Shown here: piece by piece, positions 28,425 through 38,801 of the stretch
How positions within the stretch are numbered: position 1 is the first letter of the stretch
Layout: each line of letters starts with the position of its first letter
DNA from: Acidobacteriota bacterium
Lineage (GTDB): Bacteria > Acidobacteriota > UBA6911
Assembly (NCBI GenBank): GCA_963664705.1
Contig: OY761556.1
Coordinates: 3,936,001 to 4,000,000 of the forward strand
Length of the DNA: 64,000 nt
Direction: 5' to 3'
The notes under the pieces: model-generated
Told to the model about the DNA's origin: nothing
Databases searched by the model: none
What the model saw: the letters and a program-made list of their open reading frames with translations, nothing else
Position numbers and translations under genes: made by a program

Positions 28425-29705
28425 CGCGTCCATATCTGTCAAGAGTGCCAGGAAATTGCACACAGCGCGACCTGCCTCCATTTGCCCTCCCCCGAAGCAC
28501 TCTTCAATGATCGGTCGATAGTATCGGGGAAACAGCGCCACGCTCTCCTTCTCCAGGACTTCCTGCATGAGCAGTTGGAATAAATCCCTTAACACTTCTC
28601 TTCCCTTGGTGCTCATGGCGGCAACCCGAGGGTCGGTAATCACTGCTTCCCAGATCACGGACTTGCAGAGCAGCGACAAAATTCTCGCTTCGCCCGGAAC
28701 ATTCAATTGCCACGAAAAATCCGCACGATGGCTGCCGCTGCAGGCCTCCACGGATACAGACGTTATCAGATCGTTTAGGATATTGCGCATGGCAGCTTTG
28801 CGCTGTGCCCGCTCATCTCCCTGATCCGAGGGAAGAATCCTGCGTTTCAAATCAGCCAGGCAATCGCGCACTTCCACGATCGACAACGTCGGAGCTTCTT
28901 CGTCTTCACGCGCTTCCTCATAGTGAGCATGCACTCGACGCGTAAAACGAACCTGGTCGAGGTCCCCCGGGTGCAGGAACTGCGCCTGAAGGGCATCTTC
29001 GACATCATGCACGGAATAGGCGCAATCATCAGCCCAGTCCAGGATCTGGCAGGCTATGGAGGTCTTGGGGATGAGGTTTTTCTTTTTGGATTTGACCTTG
29101 AGAATCGGGCTTCCTTTGTCCAGGGCCCAACGGGCGGAAGGCATGTCAGAAGCAAAAATAAACTTGTTGTTTCGCGGTTCCTGCTCATACGGGTACTTCA
29201 GGACACCGGCTAATGTGGCCCGAGTCAGATTTAGCCCGGGATATGAAGGGGACTTCGGTTCTGCAGCGACCAGAATATGGAAGGTCTGCGCATTCCCTTC
29301 AAATCGGAGAGCCCTTTTGCCCGTGAGTCTGGCCCGCTGACTGACCTCCCGCATACACGCATCCAGCGTCTGTTCACCGGCATGACCAAATGGAGGGTGC
29401 CCCAAATCATGCGCAAGCGCCGCCGCCTCCGCCAACTCTGGAACAAGGCAACGCTGGAGCAGCGGTTGTTCGAAGATCAGGTTTTGGGCTATTGCCCGCG
29501 CGATCTGTGCCGCCTCGAAACTATGAGTCAAACGCGTACGATAGAAATCCGCCTGCCCGATACCAAAAACCTGCGTTTTTCCCTGGAGCCGGCGGAAGGC
29601 GGCGCTGTGTAAAATCCTGTCCCGGTCTCTTTCGGTCGCATGCCGATGGTCTTTCGGCGAGGCAGGCGCTTCCGGATATTTTCGCTCCAGCAGAAAGTCA
29701 TCCAT
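28365..29705 (-). CDS. dgt: dNTP triphosphohydrolase (dGTPase family)
   Basis: RRLQGKTQVF, RTRLTHS, AHDLGHPPFGHAGE, FEGNAQ, ADDCAYSVHD; start uncertain (29705-29768). Confidence 0.9.
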   Translation of the reverse strand: MDDFLLERKYPEAPASPKDHRHATERDRDRILHSAAFRRLQGKTQVFGIGQADFYRTRLTHSFEAAQIARAIAQNLIFEQPLLQRCLVPELAEAAALAHDLGHPPFGHAGEQTLDACMREVSQRARLTGKRALRFEGNAQTFHILVAAEPKSPSYPGLNLTRATLAGVLKYPYEQEPRNNKFIFASDMPSARWALDKGSPILKVKSKKKNLIPKTSIACQILDWADDCAYSVHDVEDALQAQFLHPGDLDQVRFTRRVHAHYEEAREDEEAPTLSIVEVRDCLADLKRRILPSDQGDERAQRKAAMRNILNDLITSVSVEACSGSHRADFSWQLNVPGEARILSLLCKSVIWEAVITDPRVAAMSTKGREVLRDLFQLLMQEVLEKESVALFPRYYRPIIEECFGGGQMEAGRAVCNFLALLTDMDALRLHALLRGSKASSVFDFI

Positions 29706-29799
29706 TGTGAGTTCCCGGTTCATCGCTCCCAGTTCCCGGTTTTCCATAAGATCCTTTATAAGATCCACAATGCAAAACCGGAAACAGTCCGGCGAGAAA

Positions 29800-30630
29800 C
29801 TACAGTCTATGAAGTCTTGTCAGCTCGGTTTTCAAGTATTCAAAAGCTTGATGAGGGTCGTCACAGAAATGAACCAGATTGCGATCTTCCGGAGAAACGG
29901 TTCCCCATCGAACCATCGAATCAAAGTTGAGCACCTCGTTCCAGTATTCTGATCCATAGATGAGGACTGGCATCTGCTTATGAGTCTTCTTGGTCTGAAC
30001 CAGCGTCAGTACTTCGAAAGCCTCATCCAAAGTGCCAAACCCGCCCGGGAAAATAACCAGGGCCTTTGCCGGATAAACGAACCAGAATTTGCGCATAAAG
30101 AAATAGTGGAATTCGAAGGCTAGCTCTTCCGGGACAAATTGATTGATCTTCTGCTCCATCGGAAGGCTGATCGAAAACCCTATCGACTGACCGCCAGCCT
30201 CCTGAGCACCACGGTTTGCTGCTTCCATGATTCCCGGCCCTCCGCCGGAACAGATCATGAGGCGCTTGGCTCCGCCATCCAGAGTCTTTGCCCAGCTGAC
30301 AATCAGTTGAGCCAGTGTTGCGGCATCCTCATAATAGCGTGACAGCAATACAGACTTCTCCGCCCTTTCCATTTCCTCGGGCGCAGGTCGGGTATTGCCC
30401 TGCGGGGCATTCAGCTGCGCTCGCAAGTCATCCAGATGCCGCTGAGATTGCTCCCGGGGAAGTATCCTCGCCGATCCGAAAAACACGATTGTGTCCTTTA
30501 CGTGCTGCCACTTCAGACGGCTCGCCGGTTCAAGATATTCGCTGAGGATTCGAACAAGACGTGCATCTTTGCCATGCAGGAAACCCGGGTTCTGATATGC
30601 TTTTACAGGCAATTTGCGTGTCTCGCTCAT
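29800..30630 (-). CDS. LOG family nucleotide phosphoribohydrolase
   Basis: [22 protein letters not shown] and PGGFGTLDE motifs. Confidence 0.9.
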   Translation of the reverse strand: MSETRKLPVKAYQNPGFLHGKDARLVRILSEYLEPASRLKWQHVKDTIVFFGSARILPREQSQRHLDDLRAQLNAPQGNTRPAPEEMERAEKSVLLSRYYEDAATLAQLIVSWAKTLDGGAKRLMICSGGGPGIMEAANRGAQEAGGQSIGFSISLPMEQKINQFVPEELAFEFHYFFMRKFWFVYPAKALVIFPGGFGTLDEAFEVLTLVQTKKTHKQMPVLIYGSEYWNEVLNFDSMVRWGTVSPEDRNLVHFCDDPHQAFEYLKTELTRLHRL

Positions 30631-30686
30631 TCTATTCCTCTCCATACCCGGAAGTGAGTCTACCGGAAAAAACTGCAGCTCGGATC

Positions 30687-31466
30687 TCAAACAACAGCAT
30701 GGTGATTCACCGGACCGGATCCCTTGCCCAACCCGGGATTTGTTTCGATGGCCTTCGTTACAAACCTCTTACCGATTTCAACTGCATCCCGAAGGGTCAG
30801 CCCTTTGGCCAGTTCAGCCGTAATGCATGCGGAAAATGTGCACCCGGTCCCATGCGTATGCGGAGTGAATACCCGGGCAGATCGATACAAAGAAAACTCA
30901 CCCTCCGCGTAGAGTACATCAATAGCATCCGATTCCAGATGCCCACCTTTGACCAGCACCGCGCGAGCGCCTTTGTCGGCTATTCGCCTGGCAGCTTCTT
31001 TCATGCTTTCAAGATCAGATACCGCAATGCCCGCGAGTTCACCGGCCTCAAACAAGTTCGGAGTAACAAGCGAGGCACAGGGCAGCAATAGACTGGCAAA
31101 CGCCGATCTCGCCCGCTCCGCCATCAGAGGTTGCCCGTGCTTGCTGATCATGACAGGATCCACAACCAGCGGGAATGAAAAGCTGCGCGCTTTGTGCGCA
31201 AGAAGCTCTACAACCTCCGGACCGCCCAAAGCTCCTGTCTTGGCTGCCCCGGGAGGCACGTCTTCCAGCACCGCGTCCAACTGCTCTTCAATAAGCCTGG
31301 GAGATAATACTTCGACGCAAGAAACGCGCAAGGTATTCTGCACGGTGATCAATGTAAGGACGCTTGTCCCATACACCCCTCTCTGGTGAAAGGTCTTCAG
31401 GTCGGCCTGTATTCCGGCACCTCCGGAGGGATCAGAACCTGCAATGGTTAAAGCGGTGAAGGTCAT
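30687..31466 (-). CDS. thiD: Hydroxymethylpyrimidine/phosphomethylpyrimidine kinase
   Basis: [23 protein letters not shown] and THGTGCT motifs. Confidence 0.95.
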   Translation of the reverse strand: MTFTALTIAGSDPSGGAGIQADLKTFHQRGVYGTSVLTLITVQNTLRVSCVEVLSPRLIEEQLDAVLEDVPPGAAKTGALGGPEVVELLAHKARSFSFPLVVDPVMISKHGQPLMAERARSAFASLLLPCASLVTPNLFEAGELAGIAVSDLESMKEAARRIADKGARAVLVKGGHLESDAIDVLYAEGEFSLYRSARVFTPHTHGTGCTFSACITAELAKGLTLRDAVEIGKRFVTKAIETNPGLGKGSGPVNHHAVV

Positions 31467-31555
31467 GGGATGTAACCGTTGTCGGTTTAAAGGTTTTTCT
31501 ACCCCTTTGCGAACGGGCAAATTCTATCAAAAACCGGCAGCAATGCTGTAATTTC

Positions 31556-31596
31556 TTGACATTTAATTCAAACGCATGATTAGATCATACGTATGA
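31556..31596 (+). promoter_or_regulatory. -35 box and paired TetR operator palindromes
   Basis: TTGACA at 31556; TCAAACGCATGA (31568-31579) and perfect palindrome TCATACGTATGA (31585-31596) overlapping the ATG. Confidence 0.6.
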
Positions 31597-32216
31597 ATGA
31601 AACGAAGCAAAAAATCCTGGATACGGCTGAACGGTTGTTCGCCGAGAATGGATATTCGGCCACATCGCTGCGTCATATCATTGCCGAGGCGGGGGTGAAT
31701 CTGGCTGCCATCCATTATCACTTCGGCTCGAAGCAGGATTTGCTGGATCAGCTGGTGCTTAGAAAAGCAGGTCCCCTGAACGAACGACGGCTAAAGCTCC
31801 TTGACCAGTTTGAGACAGAGGCGGCTCCGGCCCCGCCCTCCGTTGAAAAGATAATGGAAGCCCTGATCGCGCCGGCCATATTGATGGAAAAAAGCCCCGA
31901 ATTCGTAAAGCTTACGGGAAGAATGATATCGGACGGGATGATGCCCGAAATCGCGCAGCGCCACTTTCTACCGATGATTACGCGCTTTATGTCAGCACTC
32001 CACAAGGCGTTGCCTGATGTGCCGGAAGGAGAATTGCGCTGGAAGATGCGTTTCGTGATCGGCGCGATGGCGCAGACGTTGACAGCCCAGCCCGCAACAT
32101 TTCCGGACCGCGCGCAGGAATCGACGCTGTCCATTTCCAGGATGCTGGTTGCCTTTGTCAGCAGCGGGTTGCGCGGAACAGCAGCAGCAGACAATGAAAT
32201 TGAGGTGAGCCAATGA
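31593..32216 (+). CDS. TetR/AcrR family regulator
   Basis: ILDTAERLFAENGY...AGVNLAAIHYHFGSK. Confidence 0.95.
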   Translation: MNETKQKILDTAERLFAENGYSATSLRHIIAEAGVNLAAIHYHFGSKQDLLDQLVLRKAGPLNERRLKLLDQFETEAAPAPPSVEKIMEALIAPAILMEKSPEFVKLTGRMISDGMMPEIAQRHFLPMITRFMSALHKALPDVPEGELRWKMRFVIGAMAQTLTAQPATFPDRAQESTLSISRMLVAFVSSGLRGTAAADNEIEVSQ

Positions 32217-33553
32217 AGTATGCGTGGGTCCTCTTCTTCTCTCTTCTTATTCCGGGAATAGCCACAGGTCAGTCTGCACCACTGGTACTGAGCCTGAAAA
32301 GAGCCGTTGAAATTGCCGTGGCTCCCGAGGGAAATGCACAAATACAGCTTTCCGGCGAAGCCCTGCAACAGGCCAGGATGCGCTCCGGCCAGGCAAAGGC
32401 TGCGTTGCTGCCCGACATATCGTCGTCTTTGACGTACAGAAATCAGACGATGAATCTTCGTGCCAACGGCCTTCGATTCGATATCCCGACCATTCCGGGC
32501 TATTCCTTTGCTTTTCCCTCGCTGGTAGGCCCCTTCGGCGTAACCGATGCGCGCATCAGCGGCTCCCAGAGCATCTTTGACTTCAGCTCCATTCGCCGTT
32601 TTCAGGCAGCAAAATCGGGAGTATCCGCCGCGGAATCGGATGTATCGAATGCGCAGGAACAGGTGGCCGGCCGAGTGGCTCGCGCCTATCTTCTCGCGAT
32701 TCGCGCGGATGCGGATCTCGAAGCGGCCAAGGCCAATATCGCCTTGTCCCAGGCGGTACTCCAGCAGGCAGAGAATCAAAAGAAAGCGGGCACCGGTACG
32801 GGCATCGAAATTACACGAGCAAAAGTGCAATTGGCGAATGATCAACAGCGCCGGCTCGTGTCTGAAAACGCAAAACGCAGCGCACATCTGCAGCTGCTGC
32901 GATCCATGAATGTGCAGATGGACATCGATCTGGAATTAACCGACAAGCTTGGATATCTCCCCGTTGACAAGATCACGCTGGAGCAAGCCAAGGCGCAAGC
33001 GATGAGCTCGCGGCCGGATCTTAAAGCGCAGATGCAACGCGAACAGAGCGCCCGGCTTTCGGCAAGCGCCACGAAACTGGAACGATTGCCATCTCTCGGC
33101 TTTTTCGGCGACTATGGATCGATAGGCTCAAGCATCTTTGACAGCTCACTACCCACTCGAACCTATGGATTGACGCTTCGCATCCCTATCTTCGACGGTG
33201 GCCGCCGGGATGCCAGAAGAACGGAAGCCGCATCCCAGTACCGCGCAGAGACAGTTCGAACCAAAGATCTGAAAAATCAGATTGAGTTGGATATTCGTCT
33301 TGCGCTTGACGCACTGCGGTCGGCAGAGGAACAGGTTGATGTGGCTCGCGAAGGCCTGGATCTTTCGGAAAATGAACTGGCCCAGGCTCGCCGCCGCTAT
33401 GAAGCGGGGATGGCAAACAGCCTGGAGGTTACCGATGCGCAAACGCGTCTGGAGCGAGCTCGCGACAACCAGGTACAGGCACTCTATAACTACAATGTTG
33501 CACGGATTGACTTAGAACAGGCAATGGGGAATGTCCGAGGAACGGTGAAATAG
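32213..33553 (+). CDS. TolC family outer-membrane efflux protein
   Basis: Signal peptide; IPIFDGG; RYEAG...LEVTDAQ. Confidence 0.92.
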   Translation: MKYAWVLFFSLLIPGIATGQSAPLVLSLKRAVEIAVAPEGNAQIQLSGEALQQARMRSGQAKAALLPDISSSLTYRNQTMNLRANGLRFDIPTIPGYSFAFPSLVGPFGVTDARISGSQSIFDFSSIRRFQAAKSGVSAAESDVSNAQEQVAGRVARAYLLAIRADADLEAAKANIALSQAVLQQAENQKKAGTGTGIEITRAKVQLANDQQRRLVSENAKRSAHLQLLRSMNVQMDIDLELTDKLGYLPVDKITLEQAKAQAMSSRPDLKAQMQREQSARLSASATKLERLPSLGFFGDYGSIGSSIFDSSLPTRTYGLTLRIPIFDGGRRDARRTEAASQYRAETVRTKDLKNQIELDIRLALDALRSAEEQVDVAREGLDLSENELAQARRRYEAGMANSLEVTDAQTRLERARDNQVQALYNYNVARIDLEQAMGNVRGTVK

Positions 33554-33614
33554 CCGATTTTTCCGTCCGGGTACAGAGAACCGAAAACGCGAAATCCAAA
33601 ATCGAGAGAATCGA

Positions 33615-34790
33615 ATGAAAAAAAGAATAGCAATCGTAATCGTGTTGGTTGTAGTGATTGCCGGCGCTTATATCTTCATTTCCAGGCGATCGAGTCAAGA
33701 TCAGGCTAATGGGATTGCAGTTTCCGGAAACATCGAGTTGACGGAGGTCAATATCGCCTTCAAAACCGCCGGGAAACTGATTGAACGCACGGTCGATGAA
33801 GGAGATGTGGTAAAGAAAGAACAGATCATCGCCCGACTCGATCGCGACCAGTTGCTGGCCCAGAAAGAACGGGAGACGGCAGGATTGAATTCGGCTCAAT
33901 CCCAGCTTGCCCAATCCGAAACATCGCTGGCCTGGCAAAAAGAGAATTTGGCCGCCGACATCGAGCAGCGCAAAGCGGACATCCTGTCCAACGAAGCCAG
34001 GCTTGAGGAATTGAAAAACGGCTCGCGGCCGCAGGAAAAACAGGAAGCAAAAGCAGCCGTTGATTCCGCGCAGGCCGAAAATGAACGAGCCAAACGGGAC
34101 TGGGATCGTGCGCAGTCTCTCTATAAAAACGACGATATCTCAACCGCGCAATACGACCAATATCGCAGCCGCTGGGAAGGATCGGAGGCTGCGCTGAAAC
34201 AGGCAAAGGAGCGGCAGTCGCTGGTAATAGCGGGCCCACGAGCCGAACAGATCGCGGCGGCGCAAGCCCAGGTCCAGCGGGCTCGCGCCTCTCTCAAAAT
34301 GGCCGAATCCAACGCACTCGAAATCAAACGTCGCCAGCAGGATCTTGCCTTCAGGCGATCCGAAATTGAGCGTGCCAAAGCCAATCTGGCGCTGATCGAA
34401 ACGCAGCTTTCCGACACTATAGCCATATCGCCGGTGGATGGCGTGGTACTGGTCAAGGCTGCTGATGTAGGAGAAATATTGGCTGCGGGAACCACCGTCG
34501 TTACGGTCGGTGATATCGATCATCCCTGGCTCCGGGCTTATATCAACGAAACCGATTTGGGCCGCGTAAAACTTGGCACCAAGGCAAAGATCACAACCGA
34601 CTCCTATCCCGGAAAGACCTACGAGGGCAAAGTCAGTTTCATCGCATCCGAAGCCGAATTCACGCCCAAGCAGATCCAGACAAAAGAGGAGCGCGTCAAG
34701 CTCGTTTACAGGATCAAGATCGATTTGGACAATCGGCAGCACGAACTGAAATCAAATATGCCGGCCGATGCCGTCATTACGCTGGAGTAG
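33615..34790 (+). CDS. HlyD/YbhG-like adaptor subunit
   Basis: SGNIE; AEFTPKQIQTKEERVKLVYRIK. Confidence 0.92.
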   Translation: MKKRIAIVIVLVVVIAGAYIFISRRSSQDQANGIAVSGNIELTEVNIAFKTAGKLIERTVDEGDVVKKEQIIARLDRDQLLAQKERETAGLNSAQSQLAQSETSLAWQKENLAADIEQRKADILSNEARLEELKNGSRPQEKQEAKAAVDSAQAENERAKRDWDRAQSLYKNDDISTAQYDQYRSRWEGSEAALKQAKERQSLVIAGPRAEQIAAAQAQVQRARASLKMAESNALEIKRRQQDLAFRRSEIERAKANLALIETQLSDTIAISPVDGVVLVKAADVGEILAAGTTVVTVGDIDHPWLRAYINETDLGRVKLGTKAKITTDSYPGKTYEGKVSFIASEAEFTPKQIQTKEERVKLVYRIKIDLDNRQHELKSNMPADAVITLE

Positions 34791-34793
34791 CGG

Positions 34794-35540
34794 ATGGGTA
34801 CGATCATCCAGACACAGGAACTGACGCGTCGGTTTGGAGAGCTTATCGCCGTTGACCATCTCAACCTGTCGATCGAGGCCGGCGAAATATTCGGGCTCGT
34901 CGGCCCGGACGGTGCGGGAAAAACCACGACGCTGCGCATGCTCTGTGGACTTGTGAATCCGACGGAAGGAACCGCCAATGTGGCCGGTCACGATGTTACG
35001 CGCGATCCACAGGCGGTAAAGGACCAGATCGGCTATATGGCCCAGAAATTCGGGCTTTATCTCGATCTTTCCGTTCAGGAAAACATGGACTTCTATGCGG
35101 ACCTGTTCGGAATTGTCGGAGCGGAACGCAAAGAGCTTACCGCCCAATTGTTGCGCATGACGCGCATGGAGCCATTCCGGGAGCGGCAGGCAGGAAGGCT
35201 TTCCGGCGGCATGAAACAGAAGCTAGCACTCATGTGTACTCTGCTGCACCGTCCCCAGATCCTGTTTCTCGACGAACCGACGAACGGAGTGGATCCGGTA
35301 TCCAGACGCGATTTCTGGGCCATTCTGTATCAGTTGCTCAAGGATGGAATCACGATACTGATGACAACAGCCTATCTCGATGAAGCGGAGCGGTGCAATC
35401 GAGTGGGTCTGATGCATCGGGGAAAACTGATTCGCTGCGATGCACCGGAGGCGCTGAAGCATGCGGCGGGGGCAGACTCCATGGAGGCTGTTTTTATTCA
35501 GGGGGTCCGCTCGGCTGAAGCGGAGGAGGCCAAACAATGA
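34794..35540 (+). CDS. ABC transporter ATP-binding protein (YbhF N-half-like)
   Basis: GPDGAGKTT; LSGGMKQK; LDEPT. Confidence 0.93.
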   Translation: MGTIIQTQELTRRFGELIAVDHLNLSIEAGEIFGLVGPDGAGKTTTLRMLCGLVNPTEGTANVAGHDVTRDPQAVKDQIGYMAQKFGLYLDLSVQENMDFYADLFGIVGAERKELTAQLLRMTRMEPFRERQAGRLSGGMKQKLALMCTLLHRPQILFLDEPTNGVDPVSRRDFWAILYQLLKDGITILMTTAYLDEAERCNRVGLMHRGKLIRCDAPEALKHAAGADSMEAVFIQGVRSAEAEEAKQ

Positions 35541-36478
35541 GCGGCTGGGCAGTGGAAACCGTCGAACTGGTCAAGTCATTCGGGCCGTTTGTGGCCGTGG
35601 ACCACGTGTCTCTTCAGGTTAAGAAAGGGGAAATATTCGGCTTCCTGGGACCCAATGGAGCCGGCAAATCGACGACCATACGCATGCTCTGTGGATTGCT
35701 GACGCCGACATCCGGACGGGCACTTGTTGGCGATCTGGACGTAGCGATCAAACCGGAGCAGGTCCGACGCAACATCGGGTACATGTCGCAGAAGTTTTCT
35801 CTCTACGACGATCTCACCGTCGAGCAGAACATCGATTTCTTCGCCGGATTATACGGTGTCCCGAAGGAGCGTCGTGAAGAACGCAAAAAATACGTACTGG
35901 GAATGGCAAACCTGACGGACAGGCACGATGCAATGACGGCAACCCTCTCCGGCGGCTGGAAACAGAGGCTGGCGCTCGGCTGCGCCATATTGCACGATCC
36001 ACCGGTATTGTTTTTGGATGAACCGACTTCAGGCGTGGATCCGATCGCGCGCGCCTCATTCTGGGACCTGATCCGCGAGATGGCATCAACGGGCCACACC
36101 ATATTCGTCAGTACGCATTACATGGACGAAGCCGAATATTGCCATAGACTGGCCCTGATGTATCGAGGGCGCGTGATCGCGCTGGGAGCACCGGCTGAAT
36201 TGCGTGCCGGCCTGAGCACGCAGGTCCTGCTCCAATTGGACACCTCCGCGCCGCTGGAAACCATGCGCGCGCTGGAACAAGCCCCGGGAATCCTTGAAGT
36301 CGCGGTTTTTGGAGGAGGCCTCCATGTGGCCGTATCAGAGCACGACACAGGGGTAGCCACTATTCGCGAACGACTCTCCGCAGAGAAAATTGACATCCAC
36401 CGGCTTCAGAAGATACAGCCCTCGCTCGAAGATGTATTCGTGGCTTTGATTGAGGAGGAGGAGAGGAAGCTGGCATGA
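35537..36478 (+). CDS. ABC transporter ATP-binding protein (YbhF C-half-like)
   Basis: GPNGAGKST; LSGGWKQR; LDEPTSGVDP. Confidence 0.93.
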   Translation: MSGWAVETVELVKSFGPFVAVDHVSLQVKKGEIFGFLGPNGAGKSTTIRMLCGLLTPTSGRALVGDLDVAIKPEQVRRNIGYMSQKFSLYDDLTVEQNIDFFAGLYGVPKERREERKKYVLGMANLTDRHDAMTATLSGGWKQRLALGCAILHDPPVLFLDEPTSGVDPIARASFWDLIREMASTGHTIFVSTHYMDEAEYCHRLALMYRGRVIALGAPAELRAGLSTQVLLQLDTSAPLETMRALEQAPGILEVAVFGGGLHVAVSEHDTGVATIRERLSAEKIDIHRLQKIQPSLEDVFVALIEEEERKLA

Positions 36479-37602
36479 TTTACCGACGCACACGCGCAGT
36501 CTTTCTCAAGGAACTGCATCACATCATCCGCGACGCACGCAGTCTCGCGCTGGCTCTCGCGATGCCCTTTATGATGCTTTTGCTATATGGGTACGCGCTA
36601 AGTCTGGACGTCGACCTGATCCCGACGCTGATTTATGATCAGGACGGCACGGCAGCCAGTCGCGCCCTCACCCGTCAGTTCCAGGCGTCCCGCTTTTTTG
36701 ATCTGCGTGGTTTTGCTAATTCCTATAAACAGATCGAGCTCGGGATCGACAAAAACTCCATCCTGATCGGAATCGTGATCCCGCGCGGATTTGGAGGAGA
36801 TATAGCCTCGGGCCATGGCACCAGCGTTCAACTCCTGGTTGATGGAAGCGATTCGAATAAATCGGGCATCGCGTTGGGCTATGCGGAAAGCGTGGTACAG
36901 GTTTATTCTGCCCAGGTCCGGCCGCAAAGGCTCCCGGTCATGCGAACCACTCCCATGGTCGATGCCAGAATGCGTGTCTGGTATAACAGTTCCCTTCAAT
37001 CCAGAAATTTCGTAGTGCCGGGCTTGATTGCAGTCATCCTGATGATTCTTGCAGGCCAACTCACATCTTTAACCATCGCCCGTGAATGGGAAATGGGTAC
37101 TATGGAACAAATTCTCTCCACCCCTCTGCGGCCTGCGGAAATGGTGGTTGGGAAAATGCTGGCCTATTTTGTTGTCGGTCTTGCCGACTCGGTCATGGCG
37201 CTGGTCGTCGGGCTGGCAATTTTCAATGTGCCATTTCGCGGCAGCATTTTGCTGCTGGCTCTGTCCACCACACTTTTCCTTTGCGGCGTGCTGTTCTGGG
37301 GCATTTATATGTCCTGCGGGGCACGAACCCAGGTAGAGGCTTATCAAAAGGCCATGCTCAGCACCTTCCTGCCGGGATTCCTGCTTTCCGGCTTCGTATT
37401 CACGATTGACACCATGCCCAAAGTGCTTCAGATCATCAGCCTGGTGATACCCGCCCGCTATTTTGTCTCCGCACTGAAATCCATCTTCCTGAAGGGGGGA
37501 GGGATTTCCATCATCTGGGATCAACTCGTTTTCATGGCTATATTCACAGTGATCGTTTTCTGGCTGGCGATACGTAAACTGAAAAGCCAAAGGGTGGCAT
37601 AA
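36475..37602 (+). CDS. ABC-2 permease (YbhS-like)
   Basis: IAREWEMGTMEQ; LLSGFVF; multiple TM helices. Confidence 0.92.
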   Translation: MIYRRTRAVFLKELHHIIRDARSLALALAMPFMMLLLYGYALSLDVDLIPTLIYDQDGTAASRALTRQFQASRFFDLRGFANSYKQIELGIDKNSILIGIVIPRGFGGDIASGHGTSVQLLVDGSDSNKSGIALGYAESVVQVYSAQVRPQRLPVMRTTPMVDARMRVWYNSSLQSRNFVVPGLIAVILMILAGQLTSLTIAREWEMGTMEQILSTPLRPAEMVVGKMLAYFVVGLADSVMALVVGLAIFNVPFRGSILLLALSTTLFLCGVLFWGIYMSCGARTQVEAYQKAMLSTFLPGFLLSGFVFTIDTMPKVLQIISLVIPARYFVSALKSIFLKGGGISIIWDQLVFMAIFTVIVFWLAIRKLKSQRVA

Positions 37603-37604
37603 AA

Positions 37605-38762
37605 ATGTGGGAGCGCATCCGCGTCATTTTGCGTAAAGAACTCATTCAAACCCTGCGAGAGCCACAGATGCGCGGGATGCTGTTTCTTGCACCGCTGATC
37701 CAGTTACTGATCTTTGGATACGCGGTAACGCTCGATGTCGACCACGCCCGCATTGCATGGCGCGACATGAGTCGCACGCCGGAAAGCCGTGCCTTGCGTG
37801 CCAGATTCGAGGGATCGGGACGATTCGAGATTGTGGCCCTGCCTGAAAGCGAGGAGGATGTTCAACAACTGCTCGATAAAAGCGAAGTTCATGCGGTTGT
37901 TGCTGTTCTTCCGGAATTTGCGCGCGATTTGGCCCGGGGCAGAACGGCTCAGGTTCAGGTATTGCTGGACGGCACGAATTCCAATACCGCTTCGCTGATT
38001 TCTGCTTATGCCGCCGGGGTGATTGCCGGCTTTAGCACGGATGTGGCACTGAATCCATCCAAGAATCAACAGATGATCCAGTTGACGCTGCGAAATCCGG
38101 ATGGAAGGCCGGTTGCAGGCCAGATCGTGTCGGGAACACGCGTCTGGTTCAATCCCGATCTGCGCAGCCGTAACTTTTTCATACCAGGAGTCACGGCGAA
38201 CCTTCTTCTGATGCTGACCCTGATGCTCACCGCACAGGCGATTATCCGCGAAAAGGAAATTGGCACCATGGAGCAGTTGATGGTGACACCGATGCGGCCG
38301 ATTGAGCTCATGCTTGGCAAGACCCTCCCCTTCGCCGCTGTCGGGCTGGTCAATATGATGATAGTGACTGCAGTTGCGCTGCTGTGGTTTAACATTCCCT
38401 TCCGCGGTAATTTTCTGCTGCTGATGTTCTGCGCTCTGCTCTATCTATTGCCGAGTCTCGGAGCCGGTCTGTATCTGTCCACCATCTCCAATACGCAACA
38501 GCAGGCCAACATGGGGTCTTTCTTCATCACGACTCCGGCATTTATGCTGAGCGGCTTTGCGTTTCCTATCAGCAATATGCCCTTAATCGTGCAATACCTT
38601 ACCTACTTAAACCCAATCCGCTACTTCATGGAAATTGTTCGCGGCGTATTTATCAAAGGAGTGGGAATTTCGGTATTGTGGCCCCAGATGCTGATCCTGG
38701 GCATCTATGGAGTCCTCATTCTTGCGCTCAGCGCCATTCGCTTCCATAAGACGCTGGATTAG
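37605..38762 (+). CDS. ABC-2 permease (YbhR-like)
   Basis: WFNPDL; REKEIGTMEQL; LSGFAFPISNMP. Confidence 0.92.
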   Translation: MWERIRVILRKELIQTLREPQMRGMLFLAPLIQLLIFGYAVTLDVDHARIAWRDMSRTPESRALRARFEGSGRFEIVALPESEEDVQQLLDKSEVHAVVAVLPEFARDLARGRTAQVQVLLDGTNSNTASLISAYAAGVIAGFSTDVALNPSKNQQMIQLTLRNPDGRPVAGQIVSGTRVWFNPDLRSRNFFIPGVTANLLLMLTLMLTAQAIIREKEIGTMEQLMVTPMRPIELMLGKTLPFAAVGLVNMMIVTAVALLWFNIPFRGNFLLLMFCALLYLLPSLGAGLYLSTISNTQQQANMGSFFITTPAFMLSGFAFPISNMPLIVQYLTYLNPIRYFMEIVRGVFIKGVGISVLWPQMLILGIYGVLILALSAIRFHKTLD

Positions 38763-38801
38763 CGCCGTCTTTCGCAACTCGGTTCAGATTCTGCGGACCG
38801 G

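Noticed and set aside
31748-32887. 379-aa antisense ORF over tetR/tolC
   Set aside because: Opposite two well-supported genes
34794-36478. Split ybhF as a frameshift or pseudogene
   Set aside because: Both ORFs have complete ATPase motifs, an RBS and ATGA coupling
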